Source of the DNA: a bacterium
Lineage (GTDB): Bacteria > Hydrothermota > DG-26 > JAUXAN01
NCBI GenBank assembly: GCA_030619885.1
Contig: JAUXAN010000002.1
Location: 30,934 to 94,933 of the forward strand
Reading direction: 5' to 3'
Length of the DNA: 64,000 bases
The notes beneath the pieces were generated by a model. That model saw only the letters and a program-made list of their open reading frames with translations, did no database searches and was not told the origin of the DNA. The position numbers and the translations under genes were made by a program. Of this stretch, positions 27,190-37,212 are shown in pieces; the first letter of the stretch is position 1, and each line of letters opens with the position of its first letter.

Positions 27190-27945
27190 TCATTTCATTT
27201 CCATGAAATGAAAAGGATCGTCGTATTCATCAATCACCCCTATTTGTTTTTGCTTCTTTAAAATTCTTGTAATCGCTTTACCGTGTATCCTATCGTGCCA
27301 GACAAATCTCCTCAGCACCTTCTTGAGTGTCCATAGTTCATTGGCTACCTCAAATATTATCGAATTATTGTTTTTGCGATATAAAGGTTCAAGTTTTTCG
27401 AGACAGAATTTTCTGATTGTCATGAAATCTTCCTCTATCTCTTCTGTTATCTTCATTCTCGATAGATAATAGTATTGACAGTATTTTACATGGTCAAATA
27501 TTTCCTGTATCGTCTTGGGATTATCTCCGTAGAAAGTTTTTCTGATTCTTGACTCATCAACCCAGTCTTTGAGTTTGCTGTTAGTGTAAAGTTGTAAAAA
27601 GGTTTCCCCAGAATGCCATACAAGATTATATAGGTTTCTAAATTCTCCATCTCTTATTGTTTCTTTATCTGCTTCCAGTAAAATTTCATTATCTGCATCT
27701 TCAACTGGCAATGAACTCTGATGCCTTTGAACGATTTGAATCCTGTAGTCATGTTTTTGTTCGCCTCCTAACCATTTCAGATATACACTCACCTCATGAT
27801 TGACTTTCATCAGGGCTTCTTGTTCCGTGATACCTCGTATGAAAGCGCCTGGCAATTCTACTATAAATCCCATATATCCTCTCCCGTTAGTTTCAAATGC
27901 TACAGCAACTACATCTGTTAACTCTATCTGTGATCTCCATGACAT
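27190..27945 (-). CDS. Hypothetical protein, N-terminal HicB-like fold and C-terminal DinB/YfiT-like His-rich region
   Basis: GFIVELPGAFIRGITEQEALMKVNHEV resembles HicB/UPF0150; C-terminal WHDRIHGKAI resembles the DinB_2 HxxxHxGQ motif; weak. Confidence 0.3.
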   Translation of the reverse strand: MSWRSQIELTDVVAVAFETNGRGYMGFIVELPGAFIRGITEQEALMKVNHEVSVYLKWLGGEQKHDYRIQIVQRHQSSLPVEDADNEILLEADKETIRDGEFRNLYNLVWHSGETFLQLYTNSKLKDWVDESRIRKTFYGDNPKTIQEIFDHVKYCQYYYLSRMKITEEIEEDFMTIRKFCLEKLEPLYRKNNNSIIFEVANELWTLKKVLRRFVWHDRIHGKAITRILKKQKQIGVIDEYDDPFHFMEMK

Positions 27946-28079
27946 ATCAACACCCTTGCATTCCGATTATTTTTGGCAGGCCTTTTTCTTTAAAGAATTT
28001 AAAGCTAATAGCAAAAGTACTTGAAGAAAAAAATGTCAATTTTTCAAGCCTGGCCCCACTTTTGACATCATTTTTCATT

Positions 28080-28571
28080 TTATAGATAAAATATTTTTGA
28101 TTTTATTTTTTTATGTATAGAAAAAGGTATATCTCTCATAACAGTTATTATTCCATAAGCAGTATCAAATCTGACATTTCGGTGTAAATTCTGGTTAATA
28201 TCATATCCAATTAGTGTAAAATCATACTTCTTTAATTCAGATAATGTCTCTGAGATTGGTCCTTCATTGTTTAAGCCACCAACTACAACTAATTCTAAAC
28301 TTTTGTCTCTAATTGAAGTATGTTTCTCTTTAAGTAATTCTAATAATCTTGGGATAGCCTTATCTGCGTAATAAAATCCACCTGTCTTTAAATATCTTCC
28401 ACTTGGTGTAGTATCATTTTTACGACTTCCAGAAATATGAGTTATTCCTCCAATTTTAAATGTTGGATGATATAAACATACGGAAACGCATGTACTAATA
28501 GAAGTATACAAAATGTCGATATCACTGATTTTTACTTCTCCTCTATCAAGTGATATTTTTCTTCTTCTCAT
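28080..28571 (-). CDS. Divergent orphan CheD-like protein (chemoreceptor glutamine deamidase family)
   Basis: ISTCVSVCLYHPTFKIGGITHISGS aligns with the CheD Cys/His core (compare the canonical CheD at 56505: [26 protein letters not shown]); sits in a strongly AT-rich islet. Confidence 0.55.
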   Translation of the reverse strand: MRRRKISLDRGEVKISDIDILYTSISTCVSVCLYHPTFKIGGITHISGSRKNDTTPSGRYLKTGGFYYADKAIPRLLELLKEKHTSIRDKSLELVVVGGLNNEGPISETLSELKKYDFTLIGYDINQNLHRNVRFDTAYGIITVMRDIPFSIHKKIKSKIFYL

Positions 28572-28778
28572 TTATAAAAGCCTTAATGTTTTATTTTATT
28601 TAATTGTAATTAGAGCCATTTTATAAATATGTCGTCATAATAGTTTCTAATCAGTTATATATACTCCACTCAGTTTTTGTCAATAAAAAAAATGTAGATG
28701 GATCATTACTTCCTCTGTCTTCTCTGTGCACTCTGGTTTGCAGTTGACAAAAGACTTCGATTTTTGTATTATCCCCGC

Positions 28779-29882
28779 ATGCAAAGTAAAGTCTATTTCA
28801 CAGATTTAAGAGCTTCCATCGATAGAAATATCTTTGAGAAAATAGACGATTTGCTTAAAATATCAAATCTTAACTCTGTTTTTTCTAATCATAATCTTGT
28901 CGCCTTGAAACTCCATTTCGGCGAACCTGGAAATCCAAAGACCGTGAATCCAACTTTTGTAAGGCAGATAGTTCAGTTTGTGAGAAAATATGGTGGCAAA
29001 CCATTTCTGACCGATACGAATACCTTATACAGGGGAACGAGAGGGAATTCTGCTGCCCACCTCGAGACCGCTTTAAAGAATGGTTATAATTTTTTGACTA
29101 CAAATGCACCCATAATCATAGCCGATGGACTGAGAGGTGCAAATTATAAGGAAGTGGAGATAAATAAGAAACACTACAGGAATGTGAAGATTGCTCAGGA
29201 GATTTACTATGCGGATTCGATCATCTCCATAGCCCATTTCAAGGGGCATGAGTTAATGGCTTTTGGGGGCGCTATAAAGAACATAGGTATGGGGTGTGCC
29301 TCGAGGGCTGGTAAATTGAGTATACACTCTTCCCTTTTTCCTTATGTTGATAAAAGAAGATGTGAAGCCTGCCAGAGTTGTGTTCGCTGGTGTCCACAAA
29401 ATGCCATAGTAGTTAAAGAGACAGCAGTTATAGATAAGAAAAGATGCATTGGATGCTGTGAATGTATATCTGCCTGTCCGAATGGTGCCATACAGATCCA
29501 TTGGGACGAGGATGCAAAGAATGCACAGGAGAAGCTGGTCGAATACTTCTATGGTGTTGCCAGGATTAAGCAGGGGAGGGTAGGGTATATTAACTTCTTA
29601 CTCGATATATCACCAGAGTGTGATTGCTATCAGTATTCCGACTATCCCATCGTGCCGGATATAGGGATAGTAGCATCTTTAGACCCTGTAGCGGTAGACC
29701 TCGCCTCGGTCGATTTAGTCAACTCACAACGGGGGCTTCGGGGTTCAAAACTACGCTCTGGATTCGAAGAAGGTGAAGATAAATTCAAATCACTCTATCC
29801 CTCTATTGACTGGGATTTGCAACTCAAATACGCCGAGAAACTCGGACTCGGTGTGCAGAATTATGAACTGGTCAAAATCTGA
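28779..29882 (+). CDS. DUF362 domain protein with two 4Fe-4S ferredoxin motifs
   Basis: CEACQSCVRWCP and CIGCCECISACP; start placed at MQSKVYF rather than the ORF-track start 28698. Confidence 0.55.
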   Translation: MQSKVYFTDLRASIDRNIFEKIDDLLKISNLNSVFSNHNLVALKLHFGEPGNPKTVNPTFVRQIVQFVRKYGGKPFLTDTNTLYRGTRGNSAAHLETALKNGYNFLTTNAPIIIADGLRGANYKEVEINKKHYRNVKIAQEIYYADSIISIAHFKGHELMAFGGAIKNIGMGCASRAGKLSIHSSLFPYVDKRRCEACQSCVRWCPQNAIVVKETAVIDKKRCIGCCECISACPNGAIQIHWDEDAKNAQEKLVEYFYGVARIKQGRVGYINFLLDISPECDCYQYSDYPIVPDIGIVASLDPVAVDLASVDLVNSQRGLRGSKLRSGFEEGEDKFKSLYPSIDWDLQLKYAEKLGLGVQNYELVKI

Positions 29883-29892
29883 GATAAAATTT

Positions 29893-30915
29893 ATGAGGGA
29901 AGCCCTGCGACTCGCAAAATACGGCAGAGGCAAAACTTCTCCGAACCCTTTAGTCGGCGCTGTGGTGGTGCGCAACAATAGAATCATTGGTAGAGGATGC
30001 CACAGAGGTCCTGGGAAACCTCATGCAGAGGTAATAGCTATAGATTCATCTGCAAAACCCAAAGGCTCGACTCTGTATGTTACTTTGGAACCCTGTGTCC
30101 ACTACGGAAGAACTCCGCCCTGTGTGGATAAGATTATTGAGGAAGAGTTGAAAAAGGTCATAATATCGGTTATAGACCCGAATCCCTGTGTCTCGGGTAA
30201 GGGGATAGAGAAACTGAAAGGTGCAGGTATATCCGTCGAATGCGGACTTCTCGAAAAGGAGGCGAAAAGGTTGAACGAATTCTATTTCAAGCACATAACC
30301 ACTAAATTGCCCTTCGTAATATTAAAAGTTGCACTCACCCTCGATGGAAAGATTGCCGATGCGAATAGAGAGAGTAAGTGGATAAGTTGTGAAGCATCGA
30401 GGAAGTTCACCCATAGGCTAAGAAGTGAGGTGGATGGGGTGGTGGTAGGTATAGAGACCGTATTGAAGGATGACCCAAACTTGACATCGAGAGCGAAAAG
30501 AAATCCCTTGCGCATTGTTCTGGACAGTAATTTAAGAATTCCTCCAAATGCGAAGATACTGAACGAGGAGGCAAAAACAGTAATAGTTACAACTGTGAAA
30601 AAGAAATCAGATCACCAAACCTGGGTCGTCGGAAAAAATAGGCAGGGGAGAGTCAACCTTTCAGAATTTTTAAAAGTTGCAGGAAAATTTTCACTGAATA
30701 GTATTTTGGTGGAGGGTGGGGCAGAGGTGTTCACATCTTTTTTAAAAGAAAGACTTGTGGATAAGGTTCTCCTATTCATCTCCCCAAAAATCTTGGCCAA
30801 TGGACTGCCGTTTGTTAAAAATATTGGGATTGAGCATCTCAAGGATGCTATAAATCTTACAAAGGTAAGTTACAAACGAATAGGAAAAGACCTGCTGATA
30901 GAAGGGTATTTATGA
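29893..30915 (+). CDS. ribD: Bifunctional riboflavin biosynthesis deaminase/reductase
   Basis: CHRGPGKPHAEVIAI and TLYVTLEPCVHYGRTPPC deaminase zinc motifs plus C-terminal reductase domain; start at ATG 29893 (MREAL), 8 nt after the upstream stop. Confidence 0.85.
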   Translation: MREALRLAKYGRGKTSPNPLVGAVVVRNNRIIGRGCHRGPGKPHAEVIAIDSSAKPKGSTLYVTLEPCVHYGRTPPCVDKIIEEELKKVIISVIDPNPCVSGKGIEKLKGAGISVECGLLEKEAKRLNEFYFKHITTKLPFVILKVALTLDGKIADANRESKWISCEASRKFTHRLRSEVDGVVVGIETVLKDDPNLTSRAKRNPLRIVLDSNLRIPPNAKILNEEAKTVIVTTVKKKSDHQTWVVGKNRQGRVNLSEFLKVAGKFSLNSILVEGGAEVFTSFLKERLVDKVLLFISPKILANGLPFVKNIGIEHLKDAINLTKVSYKRIGKDLLIEGYL

Positions 30916-32024
30916 AAATAATAATATCTACAGGTGAAAAATCGGGTGACCTGCATGGAGCGAATCTAATTCTGCAATTGAAAAAGTATTTTCCTGATAT
31001 GGAGGTCTTTGGAATAGGTGGAGAGAATCTAAAAAATGCAGGGGTGAAACTCATCTACAGGATGGAATCGCTCGCCGTAGTGGGTTTCAGTGAGGTATTC
31101 AGAAAATTACCACGGGTTATGGCTGGGTTAAAAACCATTCATAGGTTCATAATCAACTTTAAACCTGACCTCATTATCCTGGTGGACTATCCTGGATTCA
31201 ATCTCAGACTTGCAAAGTTTGCGAAACGGCATAATATAAAAGTTGTCTATTACATCTCACCTCAGGTTTGGGCATGGGGTAGTTGGAGGGTACGCACGAT
31301 TCGCAGATATGTGGACAAGATGATATGTATACTACCCTTCGAAGCCGAGTTCTATCGAAAAGCAGGTGTAGATGCTACATTCGTCGGACACCCCCTATTA
31401 GATATAGTCAAATACAAAGAGTCAAAACCATCTTTTTTAAACAGGTTTGGGATAAGTCGAGATAAAACAATTATCACCCTCCTTCCTGGTAGTAGAACAG
31501 AAGAGATAAAAAAAATACTCCCCGTGATGCTTGAAGTCGAGGAGAAGTTAAGAGAGATAAAGGATATAGAATGTTTTTTAGTCGCTACACCTGAACTCTT
31601 TGAAGAGATAAAACATTTTTTAAACCAGAAAAAAATACATCTAATAAAAGGCTTGAAATATGAAGCGATGCGATACGCGGATCTCATTCTATGTGCATCA
31701 GGAACGGTGACATTAGAGGCATTACTTCTTGAAACCCCTATGATAATTCTCTATAAGCTTTCCACTATCTCCTACATAATTGCAAAAATTTTATCAAGGG
31801 TGCCATACATCGGGCTTGTCAACATCATAGCAGGGGAGAGCATAGTGCCCGAGTTCATCCAATCTAACGCAAGTGCTCAACGAATTTTACCTGTAGTGCT
31901 TAAATCGATTGAACGGAGAGAAGAGATAAGAGATACATTGACCTCAATAAGAACAAAATTAGGGTCAAAAGGTGCATCTTCGAGGGCTGCTAAAACGATA
32001 GCACACTTTTCTACTTGCTCATAG
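30912..32024 (+). CDS. lpxB: Lipid-A-disaccharide synthase
   Basis: [20 protein letters not shown] and [14 protein letters not shown]19 signatures; implies a diderm host. Confidence 0.85.
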   Translation: MKIIISTGEKSGDLHGANLILQLKKYFPDMEVFGIGGENLKNAGVKLIYRMESLAVVGFSEVFRKLPRVMAGLKTIHRFIINFKPDLIILVDYPGFNLRLAKFAKRHNIKVVYYISPQVWAWGSWRVRTIRRYVDKMICILPFEAEFYRKAGVDATFVGHPLLDIVKYKESKPSFLNRFGISRDKTIITLLPGSRTEEIKKILPVMLEVEEKLREIKDIECFLVATPELFEEIKHFLNQKKIHLIKGLKYEAMRYADLILCASGTVTLEALLLETPMIILYKLSTISYIIAKILSRVPYIGLVNIIAGESIVPEFIQSNASAQRILPVVLKSIERREEIRDTLTSIRTKLGSKGASSRAAKTIAHFSTCS

Positions 32025-33261
32025 AGGACATAAACTCCTTATTATCTTTTGTATTTTTTATTCTGCTCAGAAGGAATTCCATTCCTTCGAGTGAATTCAT
32101 CTCTGCAAGTAGCCTTCTTAAAACCCAGACCCTGTTCAATTCTTCAGGAGGGAGCAAGAGTTCTTCTTTTCTGGTAGAGGTTTTCTGGAGGTCCAGAGCA
32201 GGGAAGATTCTCCTATCTGATAATCGTCTATCCAGAATCAATTCCATATTGCCGGTTCCCTTAAACTCCTCAAAAATGACCTCGTCCATCTTGCTGCCTG
32301 TATCAACTAAAGCGGTGGCGATAATGGTCAAACTTCCACCTTCTTCTATATTTCTTGCTGCGCCGAAGAATCTCTTTGGTTTCTGGAGGGCATTCGAATC
32401 TACACCCCCTGTGAGGGTCTTGCCACTATGGGGAATGACAGTATTATTTGCTCTCGCAAGCCTCGTTATACTGTCTAAGAGAATAACGACATCCTTCTTC
32501 TGTTCAACGAGTCGCCTCGCCTTTTCCAACACCATGGTAGCTACCTGAACATGTCGTTCTGCCGGTTCATCAAAAGTTGATGAAATGACCTCCGCTTTCA
32601 CAGAACGTTCCATATCAGTAACCTCTTCGGGTCTCTCATCAATAAGGAGTATTATGAGGATGATCTCAGGATGGTTTGTAATTATACTGTTCGCTATTTG
32701 CTGAAGCAATATAGTTTTTCCTGCTTTCGGCGGTGAGACTATGAGTCCCCTCTGTCCTTTTCCAAGAGGTGCCAAGAGATTGATTATACGCATAGAGAAA
32801 TCTTTATTATCTTTTACTTCTAAATTTATTCTCTCGTTAGGATGGAGGGGGGTAAGACTATCAAAAAAAACTCGCTCTCTCATTTCAGTTGGAGGTTCGA
32901 AATTCACTGCCTCAACCTTCAGAAGGGCAAAGAACTTTTCATTATCCTTTGGTGGACGAATCTGTCCTGATATAGTATCGCCTGTTAAAAGAGAGAATTT
33001 TTTAATCTGGGAAGGCGATACATATATGTCGTCAGGTCCCGAGACATAACTGTGGTTTGGAGACCTCAAAAAGCCATATCCCTCCTGAAGTTTCGCTAAA
33101 ACACCCTCACCGAAGAGATAGCCATTCTTCTTCGCATCGCTCTCTAAGATCTTGAATATCAGTTCCTGCTTTCTTAGACCAGAGTAACCTGCAACTTTCA
33201 GATCCTTCGCTATCTTGTAGAGTTCAGATATGGTTTGTTTCTTCAAATCGGTAATATCCAT
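32011..33261 (-). CDS. rho: Transcription termination factor Rho
   Basis: N-terminal [27 protein letters not shown] and Walker [13 protein letters not shown]; stop overlaps lpxB stop (convergent). Confidence 0.95.
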   Translation of the reverse strand: MDITDLKKQTISELYKIAKDLKVAGYSGLRKQELIFKILESDAKKNGYLFGEGVLAKLQEGYGFLRSPNHSYVSGPDDIYVSPSQIKKFSLLTGDTISGQIRPPKDNEKFFALLKVEAVNFEPPTEMRERVFFDSLTPLHPNERINLEVKDNKDFSMRIINLLAPLGKGQRGLIVSPPKAGKTILLQQIANSIITNHPEIILIILLIDERPEEVTDMERSVKAEVISSTFDEPAERHVQVATMVLEKARRLVEQKKDVVILLDSITRLARANNTVIPHSGKTLTGGVDSNALQKPKRFFGAARNIEEGGSLTIIATALVDTGSKMDEVIFEEFKGTGNMELILDRRLSDRRIFPALDLQKTSTRKEELLLPPEELNRVWVLRRLLAEMNSLEGMEFLLSRIKNTKDNKEFMSSMSK

Positions 33262-33371
33262 TTCTATTTCACCTCCTTTTATTTATTTGTTTTAATTAGC
33301 ATTGAAAATATCTCACATAGGATATATTTTAATACTCTAGATTTTACATAGATGATAATTCAGGAGTTATT

Positions 33372-33406
33372 TGAAATCAATATATAAAAATAAAAAAACT
33401 TGTCAA
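33372..33406 (-). promoter_or_regulatory. Sigma70-like promoter for rho (TTGACA at 33401-33406 on minus strand), leader about 130 nt
   Basis: aaaaaaaCTTGTCAAGtaaaaaa on the plus strand gives UP element plus TTGACA on the minus strand. Confidence 0.45.
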
Positions 33407-33519
33407 GTAAAAAACTCCACAAAATCCAGTTGACTTTTTGCCAAAGATATTATAAACAACAAATTATAAGTAGAAGAGAATTTGAGATAGAGAAGAGAAA
33501 AGAGAGGGCTAAAAGAGGA

Positions 33520-33900
33520 CACTTTGAGATAAAAAACAGCGGTACAGAACCAATATTCTCCCAGAAGAGATTGAAAACTATTTCTCTACAGATGGATATT
33601 TCAAATCGACCGTTAAAGATGTTAAACCGTTATTGAAAAAGTTTGGGTGAAGCACAGATCGAAGTCACCGATGAGGTGAGAACGAAAATTTCCCCAATAT
33701 TTTTAAGAAGGAAGAAGGCTGAGGTCTTAGACGAACTTCCTCCAAGAGTTGATGAGACATACACTATGACCAAAGGAAGATCTTGCCAGGGTGCTCGAAC
33801 TCATCACCTATATGAGAGAGGTATGCGATTCTACACTACTCATTAGGAAAAGGGCGAAAGATCGTTCAGCAAAACTTTTTGAACTCTCGCTTCTTTTAAA
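33520..33900 (+). pseudogene. Decayed fragment of a SNF2-family helicase (frameshifted; about 130 aa of a roughly 1-kaa protein)
   Basis: Frames joined across a shift near 33780 read ...SPIFLRRKKAEVLDELPPRVDETYTMTKEDLARVLELITYMREVCDSTLLIRKRAKDRSAKLFELSLLLNDVKIG, matching the SNF2 LPPKxE / RLRQiCnHP / SgKl linker region. Confidence 0.45.
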
Positions 33901-33943
33901 TGATGTAAAAATAGGGACTGTCCCCCTGTAATTGATTTTTTTC

Positions 33944-33972
33944 TTGACAATTGAATAAAAATAAACTAAAAG
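33944..33972 (+). promoter_or_regulatory. Sigma70-like promoter TTGACA-N17-TAAAAG for the archaemetzincin gene
   Basis: tttttttcTTGACAattgaataaaaataaacTAAAAG. Confidence 0.4.
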
Positions 33973-34124
33973 ACTTGCACAGGATAATTGGAGCCAAAGA
34001 TGGTGATAGTTAAAGTCTTTGATGTTGTAAGCTTAAGAAACTTGCGAAGTTGAAGGATTTAGGATTTACTATAAGATGTGTATGTGCATCTTATTGATGA
34101 CTATTTTTACTCACAAAAGCTAAT

Positions 34125-34661
34125 ATGATCGCATTGGTTCCAGTTGATGGAATTGACACAAAAGTGTTCAATTTCCTCAAGGATTCACTTAAAGTAAGGT
34201 TTGAAAGGGAGATTATAATTGATTCAGGGGTTAACCCACCGACCCATGCGTATAATCCGAAGCGGAGTCAATATTATGCGACTCCCATTGTTAAGTTTAT
34301 CTCGAATTCTGTAAAGGGATATGAGAAAGTATTAGGTGTGATAGATTTCGACTTTTGGGTTCCCGGGCTCAACTTCATATTTGGTGAGGCAGAGGGGATA
34401 GGAGGTAGGGTTGGTATAATCTCACTTACTCGACTGAGACAGGAGTTTTATGGTCTTCCACCAGATACTAATCTTTTCTATGAAAGGGCATTGAAGGAGG
34501 CAGTTCATGAACTTGGTCATCTTTACGGGCTTGTGCATTGTGAGAATTCCAAGTGCGTCATGCATTTCTCGAATAGTCTCCGGGATACAGACTACAAGGA
34601 CTCTCACTTTTGTTCTGAGTGTATGGAGAAGTTAAAGCAATTGTGTTTCAAAAGGAGGTAA
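34125..34661 (+). CDS. amzA: Archaemetzincin (peptidase M54)
   Basis: HELGHLYGLVHCENSKCVMH...CSEC = HExxHxxGxxHCx4CxMx17CxxC signature. Confidence 0.8.
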   Translation: MIALVPVDGIDTKVFNFLKDSLKVRFEREIIIDSGVNPPTHAYNPKRSQYYATPIVKFISNSVKGYEKVLGVIDFDFWVPGLNFIFGEAEGIGGRVGIISLTRLRQEFYGLPPDTNLFYERALKEAVHELGHLYGLVHCENSKCVMHFSNSLRDTDYKDSHFCSECMEKLKQLCFKRR

Positions 34662-34755
34662 CTACGAAAAGAGCCTTTAGTGCTGTGGCTTAATCCAGGG
34701 TATCGGAAAGGAATAAGTGAGGAATGGTTTAAAGAAATAGAATAAGGAGGGATAT

Positions 34756-35082
34756 ATGTCAAGAAGATCGAAGAAGAGGAAGAAAGCCAGTCCTTGTAAA
34801 CACCTCTATATTGATGTATTTGGACATCCTTTCTGTACGCTGAAACCAGAAAAGGCACTCGAATGTGAATATTGCATGGTTTCACAGGAATACAAAGAGG
34901 TGATAGCACAACAGAATTCACCAGAGTATAAGCGAATCTGTAAAGGTAATGTTGTACACAAATTTCCAAGTATTTACCGGTGCACTCGATTAGATCATCT
35001 CGCAGATAAATACGGACATCTTCCGGAAAGAATGCGTCCCAGGTTAAAGAAGGGGCTTTATAGCGTTACAGTTGGATTTTAG
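34756..35082 (+). CDS. Hypothetical Cys-rich small protein
   Basis: ORF with AGGAGG SD; CKHLYIDVFGHPFC...CEYC pattern; no family recognised. Confidence 0.3.
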   Translation: MSRRSKKRKKASPCKHLYIDVFGHPFCTLKPEKALECEYCMVSQEYKEVIAQQNSPEYKRICKGNVVHKFPSIYRCTRLDHLADKYGHLPERMRPRLKKGLYSVTVGF

Positions 35083-35352
35083 CCAAGATTCCCCCAAACT
35101 GGGGTGGTAGAAAGAATTATATGATGATATAGGTGAAAATTATCTATATCCAAGTAAATAAGAGAAGAGAGAAAATTACCAACTTTCGTTTTTGCTCTTA
35201 TCATGAAATACGAACCTTTTTCAAGTCTGCCGGTTTTAAAAAAATACAACGCTACGGCTCATTGGAAGAAATACCCATTGAACTTGACACCCATTTGATG
35301 GAAATAATTGGGAGGAAATAGAAAGTTTTGGGGGTCTGGATTATGATTAAAA

Positions 35353-35875
35353 ATGTCGAAAAGAAGATATAGAAAGATTATCCCAAAGGGGGTGTATTAT
35401 AAACAAGTGGAAAAGCCTGACCCAGATGAAAAAAATATCATACTTATGGCAACGGACTCTATTATCCCTTTCTCTGGTTGTAGAAACTATCTCGTAAAGC
35501 TACTCAATGATTCGAAATCTAAGATAATGATTCGCAATAATGCCGAAAAGAGTTAATATTATGGCAAACTTTCAAATCTTACACTCGATGAGATTCAGAG
35601 AAAGGTCGATTGGTTAATAGTAAATGGATGGTTAGCTCTGGAACAAAAATGGGAAACACCATTTATCGTCCATACTCCAAGAGGATGGGAATCGGTCAAG
35701 TACCTCTGGGTAAATAAGTTATTGGACCTTATGAAAAAGAAGCCTGAAGCATTCCTTCAAAAAATCAGGGATATAAATCCACAAATTAAGCATCTGCTTC
35801 TTGATGTAATAGAAGATAAGTGGATTATTAAGGATAAAGGATTTGAACTTCATTCAGAATATAGGGAGAAATAAA
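35353..35875 (+). pseudogene. Possible remnant of a RecQ-like helicase C-terminal (RQC winged-helix-like) region with an in-frame TAA at 35554-35556
   Basis: The 67-aa ORF 35353..35556 continues in the same frame after TAA as YYGKLSNLTLDEIQRKVDWLIVNGWLALEQKWETPFIVHTPRGWE... (106 more codons), resembling the RecQ RQC YG...W..LI..L...G.L pattern. Confidence 0.3.
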
Positions 35876-35898
35876 GTGTGTCGAAACAGTAGAACATA

Positions 35899-37107
35899 AT
35901 GAGTTCTAAAAAGACCATATTCTTCATACTTTGTCTTTCGATATTCTCCTCAATGCTTGGGGTGGGTATCATATCTCCACTTCTTCCAATATATGCAAAT
36001 ACCCTTGGCGCCACAGGAATTGAGTTAGGAATTATCTTTGCCGGATTCTCTATTGCCCGTGCTATTTCTATGCCCATAATCGGTAAGGGATCTGACAGAT
36101 ATGGGAGGAAAGTCTTTATATGCATTGGTCTTTTTATCTATGCCCTTATGTCTGTGGGTTACGCATTGTCAAAAACAGAATATCATCTCGCTATAGTGAG
36201 ATTCTTACAGGGGTTCGCTGCTGGTATGATCATACCCATAGCAACTGCTTATATAGGCGATCTTGCCCCAGAGGGTAGTGAAGGAAGATATATTGGATAT
36301 TTTTATCTCTCCTTATTCCTCGGATTCGGAATCGGCCCTCTTATTGGAGGATTCGTAAGCGACTATTTTGGAATGAAGAACTCCTTCTACACGATGGGTG
36401 GATTTAATTTTGTCGCTTTTATTCTTGCCTCCTCCTTTCTCCCGCGGGTGGAAGTGCATCGAAAAAAGGGAGTATCTCACATTTCTTACATCTCGATGAT
36501 AAAGGAAAGTGGAGTAATAAAGGGGTTACTCACTTTCAGAATCTCAAATGCCATTACCAGGGGTATATTTTTCTGTTTCCTTCCTATTTTTGCTGGGATC
36601 AAACTGGGACTATCAAGTTCAAAGATTGGAGTATTAATATCTGCAGGTTTCCTTATAACTGGGATTCTTCAGGCACCTGCAGGAAGGATGGCAGACAGGT
36701 TTTCGAAAAGAAGGCTGATTCTATTTGGAACCATTGTAGATATTGTTTGTCTATCACTTATCCCATCGATGAACAGTTTCAGTCAGTTGCTCACTATATG
36801 CATTATTGCGAGTACTACCCGTGCCTTTTCTCTGCCATCTGCTACGGCTATGATAGTTGGTGAAGGGAAGAGATATGGAATGGGTGCTTCTATGGGAATA
36901 TTCAATATGGCAATGAGCATTGGCATGGCAGGCGGCCCACTCATAGGTGGGCTGGTCTCTGATTTTATAGGGGTAAAATTCTCTTCCTACTTCGCTGCAG
37001 CAATCGAACTTTTGGGAATCCTGTTCTTTGCCAGATTTACGGCCCAGAAAGTCAAGAAAAAAAGAACCCACGAGATTACACAGATTGACACAGAGTTCAA
37101 ACTCTAA
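35899..37107 (+). CDS. MFS transporter
   Basis: 12 TM helices; GKGSDRYGRK MFS signature between TM2 and TM3. Confidence 0.75.
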   Translation: MSSKKTIFFILCLSIFSSMLGVGIISPLLPIYANTLGATGIELGIIFAGFSIARAISMPIIGKGSDRYGRKVFICIGLFIYALMSVGYALSKTEYHLAIVRFLQGFAAGMIIPIATAYIGDLAPEGSEGRYIGYFYLSLFLGFGIGPLIGGFVSDYFGMKNSFYTMGGFNFVAFILASSFLPRVEVHRKKGVSHISYISMIKESGVIKGLLTFRISNAITRGIFFCFLPIFAGIKLGLSSSKIGVLISAGFLITGILQAPAGRMADRFSKRRLILFGTIVDIVCLSLIPSMNSFSQLLTICIIASTTRAFSLPSATAMIVGEGKRYGMGASMGIFNMAMSIGMAGGPLIGGLVSDFIGVKFSSYFAAAIELLGILFFARFTAQKVKKKRTHEITQIDTEFKL

Positions 37108-37212
37108 AGATTGTCCATAATCCCAATAAATACCAAAACATCGCTTTTGGGGTGCAGAGTTCTCTGTTACTTTGGAATTTTAAAATTGGGATTTATTAGG
37201 GATAATCTGGGT

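Noticed and set aside
28362-28370. Single TTATCTGCG box inside the cheD-like coding sequence
   Set aside because: One occurrence of a 9-mer in 64 kb on two strands is at chance expectation (about 0.5). Only the phased triplets at 13672-13700 and 15535-15563 are treated as meaningful.
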